This document shows positions 20,076 through 31,064 of a DNA stretch of 64,000 nt, one piece after another (position 1 is the stretch's first letter; the number at the start of each line of letters is the position of its first letter). The translations under genes and the position numbers were made by a program. The notes beneath the pieces were generated by a model, which saw only the letters and a list, made by a program, of their open reading frames with translations, had not been told where the DNA came from and made no database searches. The stretch is from Enterobacillus tribolii (lineage in GTDB: Bacteria; Pseudomonadota; Gammaproteobacteria; Enterobacterales; Enterobacteriaceae), in the NCBI RefSeq assembly GCF_003363015.1, contig NZ_QRAP01000005.1, positions 330,820 to 394,819 on the forward strand, written 5' to 3'.

Positions 20076-20185
20076 TTACTCACGATGATTAACATAGGGG
20101 AGAGCGGAAAGCAGGGCAAGAGGATTTACATGAACATACATGAGGGCGGGCGTGATGACCGACCCGCACGGGAATGGCGGGAGCG

Positions 20186-20743
20186 TCAGCAGGCGGACAA
20201 CGGGGCATTTTCCCATTCGCTGCGCAACAGTCCGTAAGCGTACTCGTCCCCCCACCCGCCTTTAAAAAAGATATTCTGCCGGAAGTGCGCCTCGCGGCGA
20301 AAGCCGAGTTTTTCCAGGAGACGGGCTGCGCGGTCGTTTCTGGCGTCGATGGTAGCAACAAGCCGGTGCTTGTTAAGCTGCTCAAACAACAGCGTAATAA
20401 CCGCCGTAAGCGCTTCCCTGGCATATCCCTGCCGCTGGAATGGCTCATCAAATGTCATGCCCAGCTCAGCCTGCCTGCCTTCATCAATAAAGTGAACGGC
20501 GACGTCGCCGAGCAGTACGCCGTCTTCCGTGCGCACCACCGCAATCTGAAACCAGCTCCCCACGGTGTTGAATGCGAGGGGAAGCTGCTGCGCATAAAAC
20601 GCTTCCGCGTCTTCCCGCGTGTAGTTTTCCCAGGTCTGAAAGCGGGCAACGGCGGGATTACTGCGATAACGGATGAAACCCGGTAAATCGGCATGCGTGA
20701 ATTTACGCAAAGTCAGGCGTGAGGTAGTGAGCAGCAGTTCCAT
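20186..20743 (-). CDS. GNAT-family N-acetyltransferase (RimJ/RimL-like)
   Basis: ~185 aa starting from MELLLTTSRLTLRKF, with the acetyl-CoA motif (QRQGYAREAL). The upstream extension of the 232-aa ORF is probably not translated. Confidence 0.7.
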   Translation of the reverse strand: MELLLTTSRLTLRKFTHADLPGFIRYRSNPAVARFQTWENYTREDAEAFYAQQLPLAFNTVGSWFQIAVVRTEDGVLLGDVAVHFIDEGRQAELGMTFDEPFQRQGYAREALTAVITLLFEQLNKHRLVATIDARNDRAARLLEKLGFRREAHFRQNIFFKGGWGDEYAYGLLRSEWENAPLSAC

Positions 20744-20816
20744 CAGTGACCCATCGAATTTTCTCTGTGGCGGCGTCGGAATAAACCACGCCGCCGGATG
20801 ATCCTTCTTACGGCGC

Positions 20817-22157
20817 TTATTCCCCGGCAATCCGCATCGACGCCAGCAGCGCCGAGCCGCACTGAATATTACTGCGGGTTTCAATATCGTTGCCGAGGGC
20901 GACCAGGTTCCCCCACATCTCTTTCAGGTTCCCCGCGATGGTAATTTCGCTTACCGGGTACTGGATCTCGCCGTTTTCCACCCAGAATCCCGCCGCGCCG
21001 CGCGAATAGTCACCGGTCACACCGCTGACGCCCTGGCCCATCAATTCGGTAACCAGCAGGCCCTTATCCAGCTTTTTCAGCATGGCGTTAAAGTCGCCGC
21101 CGTTGCCCGCAATGCGCCAGTTATGGATGCCGCCGGCGTGGCCGGTGCTTTGCAACCCCAGCTTGCGCGCCGAATAGCTGGTCATCAGCCAGGTCTGCAA
21201 CACGCCGTTCTCAACGATATTCCGCTCCAGAGTACGAACGCCTTCGCTGTCGAACGGCGTAGACGCCAGCCCTTTCAGCAAATGCGGGTGCTCGCTGATG
21301 GTCAGCCAGTCCGGCAGAATCTGTTTCCCCAGGCTATCGAGCAAAAACGTCGATTTACGGTAAACGCTGCCCCCGCTGATAGCGCCGACCAGATGGCCGA
21401 ACAGCCCGGTCGCCACCTCAGCGCTGAACATCACCGGCGCCTGCATCGTCGCCAGACGGCGCGGGCTGAGACGCGCCAGCGTACGGCGCGCGCACTCTGC
21501 GCCGACCGCTTCCGGCGTGTCCAGATCGTGAATGTCACGGCCGATGGTGTAGGCGTAATCACGCTCCATGTCGCCGTTATGCTCGGCAATCACACAGCAG
21601 GAGATCGAATGGCGCGTGGAACAGTAGCTTTGCAGCATCCCTTCCGTATTCCCGAACACCTTGATGCCGTAATGGCTGTTGAAGCTGCCGCCTTCGGTAT
21701 TGGTGATGCGCTCATCGGCCTCTAAAGCCGCCTGCTCGGCGCGCGCGGCCAGTTCAATACCCCGCTCGGCGTCAAGTTCGCAGGGGTGGAACAGGTCGAG
21801 ATCGGGCGCCTCAAACGCCAGCAAATCCCGCTCGGCCACGCCGGCGCAGGGATCGGGCGACGTATAGCGGGCGATGTCCAGCGCGGCCTGCACCGTACGG
21901 GCAATCGCCTCCGGACTTAAATCGGTGGAAGACGCACTGCCCTTACGCTGCTGGTGGTACACCGTAATACCCAGCGCGCCGTCGCTGTTGAACTCTACGT
22001 TTTCCACTTCGCCGAAGCGGGTGCTCACGCCGATACCGGTGGTACGGGTCACTGACACCTCAGCGCCGTCCGCTCCCGCACGCGCCAGCTCCAACGCCCG
22101 TGACACCGCCTCTTCCAACGCCTTGCGCTGTTCTGCAACCTGAGTGACTATCTTCAT
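20817..22157 (-). CDS. pmbA: metalloprotease PmbA/TldE
   Basis: 446 aa of typical PmbA length and sequence. Divergent to yjgA and adjacent to cybC as in E. coli. Confidence 0.9.
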   Translation of the reverse strand: MKIVTQVAEQRKALEEAVSRALELARAGADGAEVSVTRTTGIGVSTRFGEVENVEFNSDGALGITVYHQQRKGSASSTDLSPEAIARTVQAALDIARYTSPDPCAGVAERDLLAFEAPDLDLFHPCELDAERGIELAARAEQAALEADERITNTEGGSFNSHYGIKVFGNTEGMLQSYCSTRHSISCCVIAEHNGDMERDYAYTIGRDIHDLDTPEAVGAECARRTLARLSPRRLATMQAPVMFSAEVATGLFGHLVGAISGGSVYRKSTFLLDSLGKQILPDWLTISEHPHLLKGLASTPFDSEGVRTLERNIVENGVLQTWLMTSYSARKLGLQSTGHAGGIHNWRIAGNGGDFNAMLKKLDKGLLVTELMGQGVSGVTGDYSRGAAGFWVENGEIQYPVSEITIAGNLKEMWGNLVALGNDIETRSNIQCGSALLASMRIAGE

Positions 22158-22335
22158 CGATCCGCCGTCGTCATTGAGGATAAAAATGAACCGGAGGCAT
22201 AATCCGGCTTTCCTTCGCTGAGTGTATCAGGAAGTTCGGGGAATTTCGCACTGCCCACCGTCATGCGCACTGGATAATCCCCCCGTCAACCTGATAGGAT
22301 CACCCTCTTTACCGATAACGTTGCGGAGCCCGATC

Positions 22336-22878
22336 ATGAACAAACACCCCGATGAAGAGTGGCTCGATGAGCTTCCTGAAGAGGAAGAAGACGAAGAGAT
22401 TATCTGGGTCAGCAAAAGCGAAATTAAACGCGATGCCGAAGCGCTGAAAGATCTTGGCGCAGAGCTGGTTGAGCTGGGCAAAAACTCGCTGGACCGCATT
22501 CCGCTGGACGAGGATTTGCGTAGCGCGATTGAGCTGGCGCAACGCATTACCAGAGAAGGCCGCCGCCGCCAGTTGCAGTTGATCGGCAAACTGTTGCGCG
22601 CCCGCGATCCGGAACCGATCCAAATCGCGCTGGATAAGCTGAAAAACCGCCACAACCAGCAGGTTGCCCTGTTTCACAAGCTGGAACAGCTGCGCGACCG
22701 CCTGATCGCCGAAGGGGACGACGTCATCCCCGTGGTGCTGGAGCTGTATCCGCAGGCCGACCGCCAGCAGCTGCGCTCATTGGTGCGTAACGCGCAAAAA
22801 GAAAAAGCCGCGAATAAACCGCCCAAGTCCGCCCGCCAGATTTTTCAGTACCTGCGCGAACTGTCTGAAGGGAATTAG
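22336..22878 (+). CDS. yjgA: ribosome-associated protein YjgA (DUF615)
   Basis: The ATG at 22336 gives a 180-aa protein that is colinear with E. coli YjgA ([21 protein letters not shown]...[15 protein letters not shown]). Confidence 0.85.
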   Translation: MNKHPDEEWLDELPEEEEDEEIIWVSKSEIKRDAEALKDLGAELVELGKNSLDRIPLDEDLRSAIELAQRITREGRRRQLQLIGKLLRARDPEPIQIALDKLKNRHNQQVALFHKLEQLRDRLIAEGDDVIPVVLELYPQADRQQLRSLVRNAQKEKAANKPPKSARQIFQYLRELSEGN

Positions 22879-22926
22879 CCTTATCCCGGCGGCGGCCCGT
22901 GCCGCTGCCGGCGCTTTCTCCCGCCG

Positions 22927-23202
22927 TTACGCCCTGGGGCGGATATTAAAGCGCAGGTCGCCTTCCAGTTCTTCTTCAGCCTCTTCGAACAGCAGCACCA
23001 GCGCGCCGAAACGACGCTTTTTATGGGCGCTCAGGTTGACGAATTCAACCTCCACCGGCAGGCCGATGCCTCCGGTCACGACGTCCCATAGGGCATCCAG
23101 GTTTTCCCCGAATCCGTCCGGTAAGGCGAACTTCTGCGCAAACTGTCTATAAAATGCCGGAAAATCGGGAATTTCACTGAAATCAAAGCTCACCCTGGTC
23201 AT
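22927..23202 (-). CDS. barstar-family ribonuclease inhibitor
   Basis: ~91 aa (MTRVSFDFSEI...), acidic, immediately downstream of and overlapping the end of a barnase-type RNase gene. Confidence 0.65.
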   Translation of the reverse strand: MTRVSFDFSEIPDFPAFYRQFAQKFALPDGFGENLDALWDVVTGGIGLPVEVEFVNLSAHKKRRFGALVLLFEEAEEELEGDLRFNIRPRA

Positions 23203-23206
23203 GCGA

Positions 23207-23659
23207 TCACTCCACACGGATAAAGTTACGATAGTGATCCTTGGTGACGTAAATCAGGCCGTCACTGGAATAAAGCAAACGATCGGCGTCACGCCGCCCG
23301 CAGCGGTAATTGATATCAGCCTCGCGCCATACCCGTTTGGCCTTATCCGGTAAACGCCCTTCACGGTTAGCGAAACGATCGCCGCCAATCGCCCGGCCGG
23401 GCAAAACGTCGCACAGGTTGCCGGAGCGCGCGTCCCAGCCGGCGCTGCGGGCCTGCTTCTTGGTTATATAGTAATCCGGCAGACGCTGGTGTTGCTGTAC
23501 GTAACTCACCACCTTGTCCTGCCGGGTAAGCTGCTCGATGCTTTCCGTGCTCCCGGCGTCCTCGTCGGCGCGGACCTCCGCGTTGCCGCGCAGGTTCATC
23601 CATGCCATACCGGCCAGTACCAGAACGACCAGCAGTACTATCCATGTTCGTTTTGTCAT
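23207..23659 (-). CDS. secreted guanyl-specific ribonuclease (barnase/RNase N1-T1 family)
   Basis: 150 aa with a signal peptide and a barnase-like C-terminus (LLYSSDGLIYVTKDHYRNFIRVE, compare barnase ...ILYSSDWLIYKTTDHYQTFTKIR). Confidence 0.75.
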   Translation of the reverse strand: MTKRTWIVLLVVLVLAGMAWMNLRGNAEVRADEDAGSTESIEQLTRQDKVVSYVQQHQRLPDYYITKKQARSAGWDARSGNLCDVLPGRAIGGDRFANREGRLPDKAKRVWREADINYRCGRRDADRLLYSSDGLIYVTKDHYRNFIRVE

Positions 23660-23856
23660 ATCTACCCCGTTTCGGCAAAGTCCGCCAAATCATAATCAAA
23701 AAAAATGAAACAAGCATGACACGGCGACGATGCACCGTTTCTGACAATGATAATAGCCGACGGGAAAGAAATCAGCGCGGAAGAATCCGCGCTGAATGAC
23801 ATCAGGGAGAAAGGGTAAACGGCGGGAAAACAGGTTTTCCCGACGTGAGGGAGTGC

Positions 23857-24120
23857 TTACTTATAAACGTCAGCAACGGCGCTGACGCGACCATGTTCAC
23901 GGCCGGCAATGATCACGTAATATTTTCCGCCTTTCTCATCGGCCAGTTTCGACAGTTCCTCTTTGGCATCCATCGGCGAGGTTGCCTCCGCCGTCGTCGT
24001 CACTGTACCGATCTTGGTGTATTTTGCCGCTTCTTCTTTAGTAATTTCTTCTGCCGCGATGGCACCGAAAGACACTGCACTTACCAGTACCGCTGTTGTT
24101 ATCAGTTTGAACGCCTTCAT
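23857..24120 (-). CDS. YhcN/BhsA-family (DUF1471) periplasmic stress protein
   Basis: 87 aa with a signal peptide then ...YTKIGTVTTT...EELSKLADEKGGKYYVI, typical of the family. Two hairpins lie downstream (23826-23843, 23768-23795). Confidence 0.7.
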   Translation of the reverse strand: MKAFKLITTAVLVSAVSFGAIAAEEITKEEAAKYTKIGTVTTTAEATSPMDAKEELSKLADEKGGKYYVIIAGREHGRVSAVADVYK

Positions 24121-24571
24121 GCATCACTCCTGTTGGTAAGAATCATTAATAAACATTCGGTTAACAATACACACACAAAAGCTAGTACAATATCTCCTTT
24201 CACGCAATTTTCTTTATTATTTTAATTCAGAATAGTCACATTACTTAAAAAAGGTAAAAATAAAGAAAAGTGATGAGATAACACCATGAAAAACAAAAAG
24301 GATTATCTTTATTGACATTCATATCCGTCACTTAATAAGTATTGTCAAATAAATAAAGACGCGCACAAATCGATCACAACATAATGAAATTAATCAGGTT
24401 TTATCAAAATGCCCAAACATCTCAAAATTCACAAAACAAACGCATAAAATGTCAAAAATACCGCTTTTTATATTATAAATTAATATAAGAGATATCTTAT
24501 ATATTGCCATAATGAATTTAATGAGATACAGATAAGGTTTGCCGGAAAAAATAGCCAAAGGAATATCCGCT

Positions 24572-25396
24572 ATGCCAACCCCCCGCCACATAACGCAATC
24601 CTTCCGGCGTTCCCCGGCCATACCTTATGCGGAGTTGCGTTCGACCTGGCATAGCCATCACGCGTATAAACGGCACACGCATCCTCAGCTTTCTCTCGGC
24701 GCTATCGTTCAGGGAGAGACGCACAGCGTTTGTCAGGGCAGGAAATATCATCTGCATGAAGGCGACCTGATTTTAATCGCTCCCAACGCCGTTCATAGCT
24801 GCAATCCGGTCGGCGGCGGCACGCGCAGCTATCATATGCTTTATCTCAAGCCGGAGTGGTGCCTGTCTCAGCTGGCCCCCTGGCATTCTTCCGGGGGAAC
24901 GGCGCTGCATTGTCCTCCCGCCATCATCCGCGATCCCCGGCTGTTTCAGGAGTACCTGGACATTGTCGACCTGATGACACAACAACAGACTGACGTATTA
25001 CCGCAACGGCTGAGCGCCCTGCTGCAATCGCTGCCCGGGCTGGGCGTCTCAAAAGCGGCGAACACTCTGCCGTACAGTGAGCGCTTGCAAACACGCCTGC
25101 TGGCGGATTTACAGTCTCCACCGACGCTGGATCAGTTGGCCGGTGAATTTTCCCTGCGCAAAGAAACGTTGATCAGGCACTTCCGGCGTGAAACCGGCCT
25201 GACGCCGGGCGCATTTCTCAGCAACGCACGGGTGGAATTCGCCCGGGAACGCCTGCGGGCAGGCGATGACATTACCGACGTCGGCTACCAGAGCGGCTTT
25301 GCCGATCAAAGTCACTTCCACAAAACGTTCGTAAATTACACCGCCTCAACGCCGGGCCAATATGCCGGGCGACGATCAATATCTGACAATTCCTGA
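24572..25396 (+). CDS. AraC-family transcriptional regulator (cupin N-domain + AraC HTH)
   Basis: C-terminal AraC HTH (LDQLAGEFSLRKETLIRHFRRETGLTPGAFLSNARVEFARERL) and an N-terminal cupin (HSHHAYKRHTHPQLSLGAIVQGE). Start placed at MPTPRH. Confidence 0.7.
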   Translation: MPTPRHITQSFRRSPAIPYAELRSTWHSHHAYKRHTHPQLSLGAIVQGETHSVCQGRKYHLHEGDLILIAPNAVHSCNPVGGGTRSYHMLYLKPEWCLSQLAPWHSSGGTALHCPPAIIRDPRLFQEYLDIVDLMTQQQTDVLPQRLSALLQSLPGLGVSKAANTLPYSERLQTRLLADLQSPPTLDQLAGEFSLRKETLIRHFRRETGLTPGAFLSNARVEFARERLRAGDDITDVGYQSGFADQSHFHKTFVNYTASTPGQYAGRRSISDNS

Positions 25397-25445
25397 GCCT
25401 TCCCCCTGCCTTACAGTGATCCGGTAATCGCATTCCGAGGTCGCT

Positions 25446-26087
25446 ATGGACATATTCAACCTGCTTATTCCGCCCGCCTTTCCCGTGCTGGCGCTTTCTC
25501 ATTTCGTTGCCCTGCTCAGCCCCGGCCCCGACTTTTTCCTGCTCACCGGCTATGCCGTCCGTTACCGTATGCGCGGCAGCGCGGGGTTATGCCTCGGTAT
25601 CGCATCAGGCAACGCCCTCTACATCATGCTGGCGATCCTCGGCTGGAGCGGCCTGCGGCATGCGCCGGCGCTGTTTACCGTCATCGAGCTGACCGGCGCC
25701 GGATACTTACTGTGGATCGGCAGCCGCCTGATGCGCAGCCGACCCGCGGCGTTCACCGCCGACGGCACCACGGCGGCATTTCCTGCCTTCTCCCGTCAGA
25801 TCCTGCTCGGCCTGGGTTCCTCCCTGCTTAACCCTAAAAATGCGCTGTTCTATCTGGCGCTGATGACTTCCATCCTGGGAGCGAACGTCACGCTGTTGCA
25901 GCAGGCTACCTGCGGCGTCTGGATGACCGGCGTCGTTTTGCTCTGGGATCTGATGATGGTATGGCTGATAGGTTTGCCGGGCGTTCAGGCACGCCTGACG
26001 GGGTATATACCGGTGATTGAACGCCTGGCCGGCGCGGTATTGGCCGGGTTCGGCGGTTGGATACTGCTGACGTTTCTTTGGCGTTAA
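25446..26087 (+). CDS. LysE/RhtB-family amino-acid exporter
   Basis: 213 aa, ~6 TM segments, with N-terminal family signature (LSPGPDFFLLTGYAV). Paired with the AraC regulator. Confidence 0.75.
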   Translation: MDIFNLLIPPAFPVLALSHFVALLSPGPDFFLLTGYAVRYRMRGSAGLCLGIASGNALYIMLAILGWSGLRHAPALFTVIELTGAGYLLWIGSRLMRSRPAAFTADGTTAAFPAFSRQILLGLGSSLLNPKNALFYLALMTSILGANVTLLQQATCGVWMTGVVLLWDLMMVWLIGLPGVQARLTGYIPVIERLAGAVLAGFGGWILLTFLWR

Positions 26088-26125
26088 TGCCGGCCCCGGC
26101 GGGCCGGCATTAACGCCACGACAAC

Positions 26126-27160
26126 TCAGCGATCGGACGACGCCTTCCAGATATTCAGCTTACCGTCCGCCACGTGGCGATCGATATTTTCCAACTCCTC
26201 GCGGCTGAAGCTCAGGTTCTTCAGCGCCGCACAGTTTTCTTCCAACTGCTCCGGACGGCTGGCGCCGATCAGCACGGACGTCACCCGCTCATCCTTCAGC
26301 ACCCAGCTCAGCGCCATCTGCGCCAGCGACTGGCCGCGCTGCTGCGCCATCTCATGCAGCATTTTGATGCTTTTCAGGTTCTCCGGCGTCAGCATCGACT
26401 CTTTGAGCGAACCTCCCGCCTCGCGCACCATGCGCGAATCCTGCGGAATGCCGTTGAGGTATTTGTCCGTCAGCATCCCCTGCGCCAGCGGCGAAAACGC
26501 GATACAGCCCACGCCCGTATCGCCCAGCGTATCCAGCAACCCGGTCGTCTCCACCCAACGGTTGAGAATGCTGTAAGACGGCTGATGAATCAGCAGCGGA
26601 ATCTTCCATGCCTTCAGGAGTTCGACCATCTCGCGGGTACGCGGCGCCGCATACGAGGAGATCCCCACATACAGCGCCTTGCCGCTGCGCACCGCCTGCG
26701 CCAGCGCGCCCGCCGTCTCTTCCATCGGGGTATTTTCATCCACGCGGTGAGAATAGAAGATATCAACGTAGTCCAGCCCCATGCGCTTCAGGCTTTGGTC
26801 CAAGCTGGACAGCAGATATTTGCGCGAACTCCCCTGACCGTACGGCCCCGGCCACATCAGATAGCCCGCCTTCGTCGAGATAATTAACTCATCCCGGTAA
26901 GGTCTGAAGTCTTCGCGCATCAAACGCCCGAAATTCTCTTCGGCGGAGCCCGGCGGCGGCCCGTAGTTATTCGCCAGATCGAAATGGGTTATCCCCAGAT
27001 CAAACGCTTTACGCAACAACGCCCGCTGCGACTCCAGCGTACTGATGCCGCCGAAGTTGTGCCACAACCCCAGCGAAAGCGCGGGAAGCTGCAGGCCACT
27101 GCGGCCGCAGTAACGGTATTGCATCTGTTCGTATCGGGAAGGATCTGCATTGTAAGGCAT
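26126..27160 (-). CDS. gpr: L-glyceraldehyde 3-phosphate reductase (aldo/keto reductase YghZ)
   Basis: 344 aa, near-colinear with E. coli YghZ (RYEQMQYRYCGRSGLQLPALSLGLWHNFG...HFDLANNYGPPPGSAEENFGRL). Confidence 0.85.
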   Translation of the reverse strand: MPYNADPSRYEQMQYRYCGRSGLQLPALSLGLWHNFGGISTLESQRALLRKAFDLGITHFDLANNYGPPPGSAEENFGRLMREDFRPYRDELIISTKAGYLMWPGPYGQGSSRKYLLSSLDQSLKRMGLDYVDIFYSHRVDENTPMEETAGALAQAVRSGKALYVGISSYAAPRTREMVELLKAWKIPLLIHQPSYSILNRWVETTGLLDTLGDTGVGCIAFSPLAQGMLTDKYLNGIPQDSRMVREAGGSLKESMLTPENLKSIKMLHEMAQQRGQSLAQMALSWVLKDERVTSVLIGASRPEQLEENCAALKNLSFSREELENIDRHVADGKLNIWKASSDR

Positions 27161-27381
27161 GTGGGACTCCTTGCGCCTGAGAAGTGTATTTTCGAAACAG
27201 TATTTCTATTTTACATTTCTGTCACTTCACGGCAAGCTGGCGCTCAAAATAGCGCCACGAATAAGCAGGGATTTCAAGCATTAAATTTTTTTAATTTGTC
27301 GTTCGCTGAAAAGCTGGTCTGCTTAATGTCTGGCATTATAGGATAGAATCATTCGTCACCGCGGTGATAACGGAGTCGGTC

Positions 27382-28275
27382 ATGGCCAACGAAAAAAATG
27401 TGGAAACCCCCGCCGTTCAACGGATAACGTCCCGGATCAAAGATGTCGGCGGTATCCCGGTGGCCCGCGCCTTGCCGGTGAAGGAACGCCGCCTGATCGG
27501 CGCGTGGTGTTTTCTCGATCACGCGGGTCCTTCCGTATTCCGCGGCGACGCCGATGCCATGCACGTCGGCCCGCATCCGCACACCGGCCTGCAAACTTTC
27601 ACCTGGATGTTGCAGGGCGAGCTGCTGCACCGTGACAGCCTGGGTTACGAACAAATTATCCGTCCCGGTCAGGTGAACCTGATGACCGCCGGCCGTGGCA
27701 TCGCACATTCGGAGAATTCGGTGCCGGGCGAGCGTCAATTGCACGCCGCCCAGCTCTGGATCGCCCTTCCCGAAGCCGTAAAGAATATAGCTCCGCGTTT
27801 CGATCACTATCCCCGGCTGCCGCAGTGGCAGCTTCAGGGCGTTCACTACACGTTGCTGACGGGCGAATTCGACGCTTATAAAGCCCCGACGCTCAGCTTC
27901 TCGCCGCTGGTCGCGGTAGACGCTTCCGCACAGCATCAGGCGGACGTAACGCTGGCGCTGCGCGGGGACTTCGAATACGGCGTTTTCGTGCTGGAGGGAG
28001 AGATCCGGCTTAACGAAGAAGTATTTATTCAGGACGAGCTGGCCTATCTGGGGCTCAACCATACCAAATTAAACGTCGCCCTGAGCCCCGGCGCCCGCAT
28101 CCTGTTGCTGGGCGGGGAACCGCTGGGCGAAAACGTCATGATGTGGTGGAACTTCGTCGGACGCAGCAAACAAGAACTTCAACAGGCTGTGGACGACTGG
28201 AATGAAAACAGCGGCCGCTTCGGCGAGGTCGCCGGCGATACGCAGGCACCGACGCCCGCGCCGCAGATGCCCTGA
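27382..28275 (+). CDS. pirin-family bicupin protein
   Basis: ~298 aa with pirin N-terminal motifs (GPHPHTGLQTFTWML.GEL.HRDSLG; MTAGRGIAHSE). Start placed at MANEKN. Confidence 0.7.
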   Translation: MANEKNVETPAVQRITSRIKDVGGIPVARALPVKERRLIGAWCFLDHAGPSVFRGDADAMHVGPHPHTGLQTFTWMLQGELLHRDSLGYEQIIRPGQVNLMTAGRGIAHSENSVPGERQLHAAQLWIALPEAVKNIAPRFDHYPRLPQWQLQGVHYTLLTGEFDAYKAPTLSFSPLVAVDASAQHQADVTLALRGDFEYGVFVLEGEIRLNEEVFIQDELAYLGLNHTKLNVALSPGARILLLGGEPLGENVMMWWNFVGRSKQELQQAVDDWNENSGRFGEVAGDTQAPTPAPQMP

Positions 28276-28310
28276 CTTTTTTATTTTTTCGTCAATCCGG
28301 ATGACCGATT

Positions 28311-29297
28311 ATGTATAACACTCGCATTTTTACCTTACTTTCAGCGCTGCTGCTGTACAGCGCTGGCGCCTGCGCCGCAGAAACATCCGCGGTGCAGGCA
28401 AGTCCAGACGATCAGCAAATCCGCGGGCTTGTCATGAGCTGGCAGGAGGCCCACCAGCAGCGCAACAACGAACTGCTGGCGTCGTTGTACGGAGCAGAGG
28501 TCGATTACTACGGCCAACACCTGGCGCACGAGCAGGTGATCGCCGCCAAACGGGCGTTTTTCAGTAAAGAAGAGAATAAAGAGTTCAGCCAGTCTATTGC
28601 CAGCCCGCTGCACATTGAGGGGATCGAAGGCAGCGCGGAAAGCGGCGAAGCGCCGGTCACGAACAGCAAGCAGGTTGAGTTTGTGAAGCGGGCAGGCAGT
28701 TCCGCCGATACCGTGCGCAACTACCCCTCTACGCTGCGGGTAAGCAAGGATGAGAGCGGAAAATGGAAAATCGTCGCCGAATCCGATGATATTACCGATC
28801 TGAACCTGAAGCAGCCCACCTACTCACGCGTCGTGCGCGGCAAGTTTGACGGTAAAACCGAGCAATATGCCTGGGTTCGCGGCCAGGACCCCATCAGCGG
28901 AAACTCCTGTACGCCGGACGGCGACTGCATTTGCAAGCTCTGGAACTCCGATCCCGCGGTCCAGCCCGTCAGCATTCCTTCCTGCATCGACGCCAGCCTG
29001 GCGGTGCTTCCCGGCCTTGACGGCACCGGCCGCGACCGCCTGCAGGTGATTCAGGACTGGTGGACCAGCGGATGGACGCTGGCGCGCCTCTACGACGTGC
29101 AGCAGACGCAGTGGATCCAGATCGTTCCCGCCTTCAGCACCAACGCGAACCAGCTGGAGGAAAGCGGCAACCGCATCCTGGTGGTAAGCAATCCCGCGCG
29201 CCCCGGCTACATCCGCATCAAAGTCACCCGTTTCGATCCCCAGACGGAAGAACTGCGCACCGAACAGCAGGATAAACCTCTGTTGGCATTACGTTAA
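28311..29297 (+). CDS. secreted hypothetical protein (N-terminal SnoaL/NTF2-like region, Cys-rich C-terminal half)
   Basis: 328 aa with a signal peptide (LLYSAGACAAE). No recognisable catalytic motif. Cys cluster C..DGDCIC...C. Confidence 0.45.
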   Translation: MYNTRIFTLLSALLLYSAGACAAETSAVQASPDDQQIRGLVMSWQEAHQQRNNELLASLYGAEVDYYGQHLAHEQVIAAKRAFFSKEENKEFSQSIASPLHIEGIEGSAESGEAPVTNSKQVEFVKRAGSSADTVRNYPSTLRVSKDESGKWKIVAESDDITDLNLKQPTYSRVVRGKFDGKTEQYAWVRGQDPISGNSCTPDGDCICKLWNSDPAVQPVSIPSCIDASLAVLPGLDGTGRDRLQVIQDWWTSGWTLARLYDVQQTQWIQIVPAFSTNANQLEESGNRILVVSNPARPGYIRIKVTRFDPQTEELRTEQQDKPLLALR

Positions 29298-29328
29298 TCT
29301 CCACACGGACGCCATACGGCGTCCGTTT

Positions 29329-30912
29329 TTATACCTGCCTGATGGTTTCCCAGCTCAACCCGAAACGCGCCAGATATTTACGCAGACGATCGGCATCGTT
29401 GGGCTGTTTCTTTTGTTCGCGCGACACGGCGAACAGCGTGCGCCCGGCTTCCGACAAGCTGGAAGACGCCCGGCACACTTTCAGCACGCAGGCCAGTTGG
29501 CTGCGGTCAAACATATCCACGTCACCCACGATGGCCGGCAGTTCCGTTTCCTCTTCCTGCCAGTCCAGGCGCAGCCGCCGGATTTCTTCATCAACCAGTG
29601 CGGCATTAACGCGCCCGTTTTCCGCCAACGTCGCCATACGGGTTACGGACGCCCCCAGCTCGCGGAAGTTTCCCCGCCAGATGGCCTGCGCCGAACAGGC
29701 GAATTCCAGATAACGCTGGCGGGCGTCTTTATCAAAACGCACCAACGTCTGCTGCTCCTGCCCGTAGCGGTTCAGCTCGAACGCCAGGTTCGGCTCAATA
29801 TCCTCACGCCGCTCGGCCAGGCCCGGCAACGGAAACGTCCACATGTTGATACGCGCATACAGATCCTCACGGAAATGCCCCTGCGCCACCCAGTGCCGCA
29901 TGTCGCGGTGCGTACCGGCAATCAGTTGAAAATCGCTGCTCACTTCTTTATCCGACCCGTAAGGCAGAAAACGTTTTTCCTCAATGGCCTTCAGCAGCAT
30001 CGCCTGCTCATCCAACCCCAGCTCACCGATTTCATCCAGAAACAGTACCCCGCCGTCCGCCTCGCGCAACAACCCGGTACGCGCCTGCTGCGCGCCGGTA
30101 AACGCGCCCCTGACATGGCCGAACAGGGTCGACATCGCGTTATCTCCGCGCAGCGTGGCGCAGTTCACCTCAACGAAGCGGCCCCCGACCTGATGGCGGG
30201 ACTGTTTAAGCTGAAATATCCGCCGCGCCAGGAACGACTTGCCCGCCCCGGTCGGGCCGGTCAGCAGCATCGGCGCGCGGGAGCGCAGCGCCACCCGCTC
30301 AATCTGATCGATCAGCGCGTTAAACGTCGGATTGCGGGTGGCAATGCCCGCCTTAAGGAAGGCCACCGAGGACTGCCGCTCGCGTTGAAAACGGCTGGTC
30401 AGCGCCGTATAACGGCTCAGATCGAGATCGATGACGGAATAAGTCCCGGCCGGCGATGCCTTGTCCTCCTCCTCCTGGCGCCCCACCGGTGAGGTTTGCA
30501 GCAGGCTGGCGGGCAGGTAGCGCGCTTCGGTCAGCAGGAACCAGCAAATCTGCGCCACGTGCGTCCCGGTAGTGATGTGTACCAGATACTCTTCGTTTTC
30601 GGTGTCGAAAGGATAGCGGGTCGCGAAATCCAGAAAAGCGGAGTACACCACTTCGAAATCCCAGGGGTCGTGCAGTTCCACGGCGTGTAAACGCACCTCC
30701 GTGGCGGGAGAAACTTCCGCGATGTCTTCACAGAGCCTTTGCGCCATGCCCAAATCACGCGGCTGATGCAGCAGCTCCAGCCGGTCGACGGGCAGATCCG
30801 GCTGCTGGCACAGCCCTACCGTCGGCCGCCATTTGTTCCAGCGATTATTACGCTTACCCCGTCTGTCGAGCACCGTTCCCAGCACCCCGATCACCACCCT
30901 GCGTTTCGTCAT
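29329..30912 (-). CDS. rtcR: sigma54-dependent transcriptional activator RtcR (CARF + AAA+ + HTH)
   Basis: 527 aa, colinear with E. coli RtcR (GTVLD..G....RW.KWRPT..LCQQ...IDRLELLH; [14 protein letters not shown]; GAFTGA; ESE-type [17 protein letters not shown]). Divergent from an rtcB-containing operon. Confidence 0.9.
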   Translation of the reverse strand: MTKRRVVIGVLGTVLDRRGKRNNRWNKWRPTVGLCQQPDLPVDRLELLHQPRDLGMAQRLCEDIAEVSPATEVRLHAVELHDPWDFEVVYSAFLDFATRYPFDTENEEYLVHITTGTHVAQICWFLLTEARYLPASLLQTSPVGRQEEEDKASPAGTYSVIDLDLSRYTALTSRFQRERQSSVAFLKAGIATRNPTFNALIDQIERVALRSRAPMLLTGPTGAGKSFLARRIFQLKQSRHQVGGRFVEVNCATLRGDNAMSTLFGHVRGAFTGAQQARTGLLREADGGVLFLDEIGELGLDEQAMLLKAIEEKRFLPYGSDKEVSSDFQLIAGTHRDMRHWVAQGHFREDLYARINMWTFPLPGLAERREDIEPNLAFELNRYGQEQQTLVRFDKDARQRYLEFACSAQAIWRGNFRELGASVTRMATLAENGRVNAALVDEEIRRLRLDWQEEETELPAIVGDVDMFDRSQLACVLKVCRASSSLSEAGRTLFAVSREQKKQPNDADRLRKYLARFGLSWETIRQV

Positions 30913-31047
30913 GATTTATCCATAAATATAAAAGGCGAGATAATTTTATAATAAATCGTCTCCCGTCAGAATCCCACCTTACGACCAGACTATTTTTAAT
31001 CAATTATTTATCAATGAGATAAAAAATATTTCCGCTGTTTTTCAAAA

Positions 31048-31064
31048 CTGGCACGTCTCTGGCA
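31048..31064 (+). promoter_or_regulatory. candidate sigma54 (-24/-12) promoter for the rtcB operon
   Basis: cTGGCACgtctctGGCAat has the -24 GG (31050-51) and -12 GC (31062-63) with the canonical 10-bp spacing. One mismatch to the TTGC -12 element. Located between rtcR and the operon. Confidence 0.5.

Noticed and set aside
24140-24540. AT-rich 400-bp intergenic region with a 75-aa ORF (24394-24621)
   Set aside because: The ORF is Ile/Phe-rich, as expected from AT-rich non-coding DNA, and overlaps the AraC gene start. It is interpreted as a promoter region between divergent yhcN-like and AraC genes.
29413-30492. 359-aa plus-strand ORF
   Set aside because: Antisense to rtcR.
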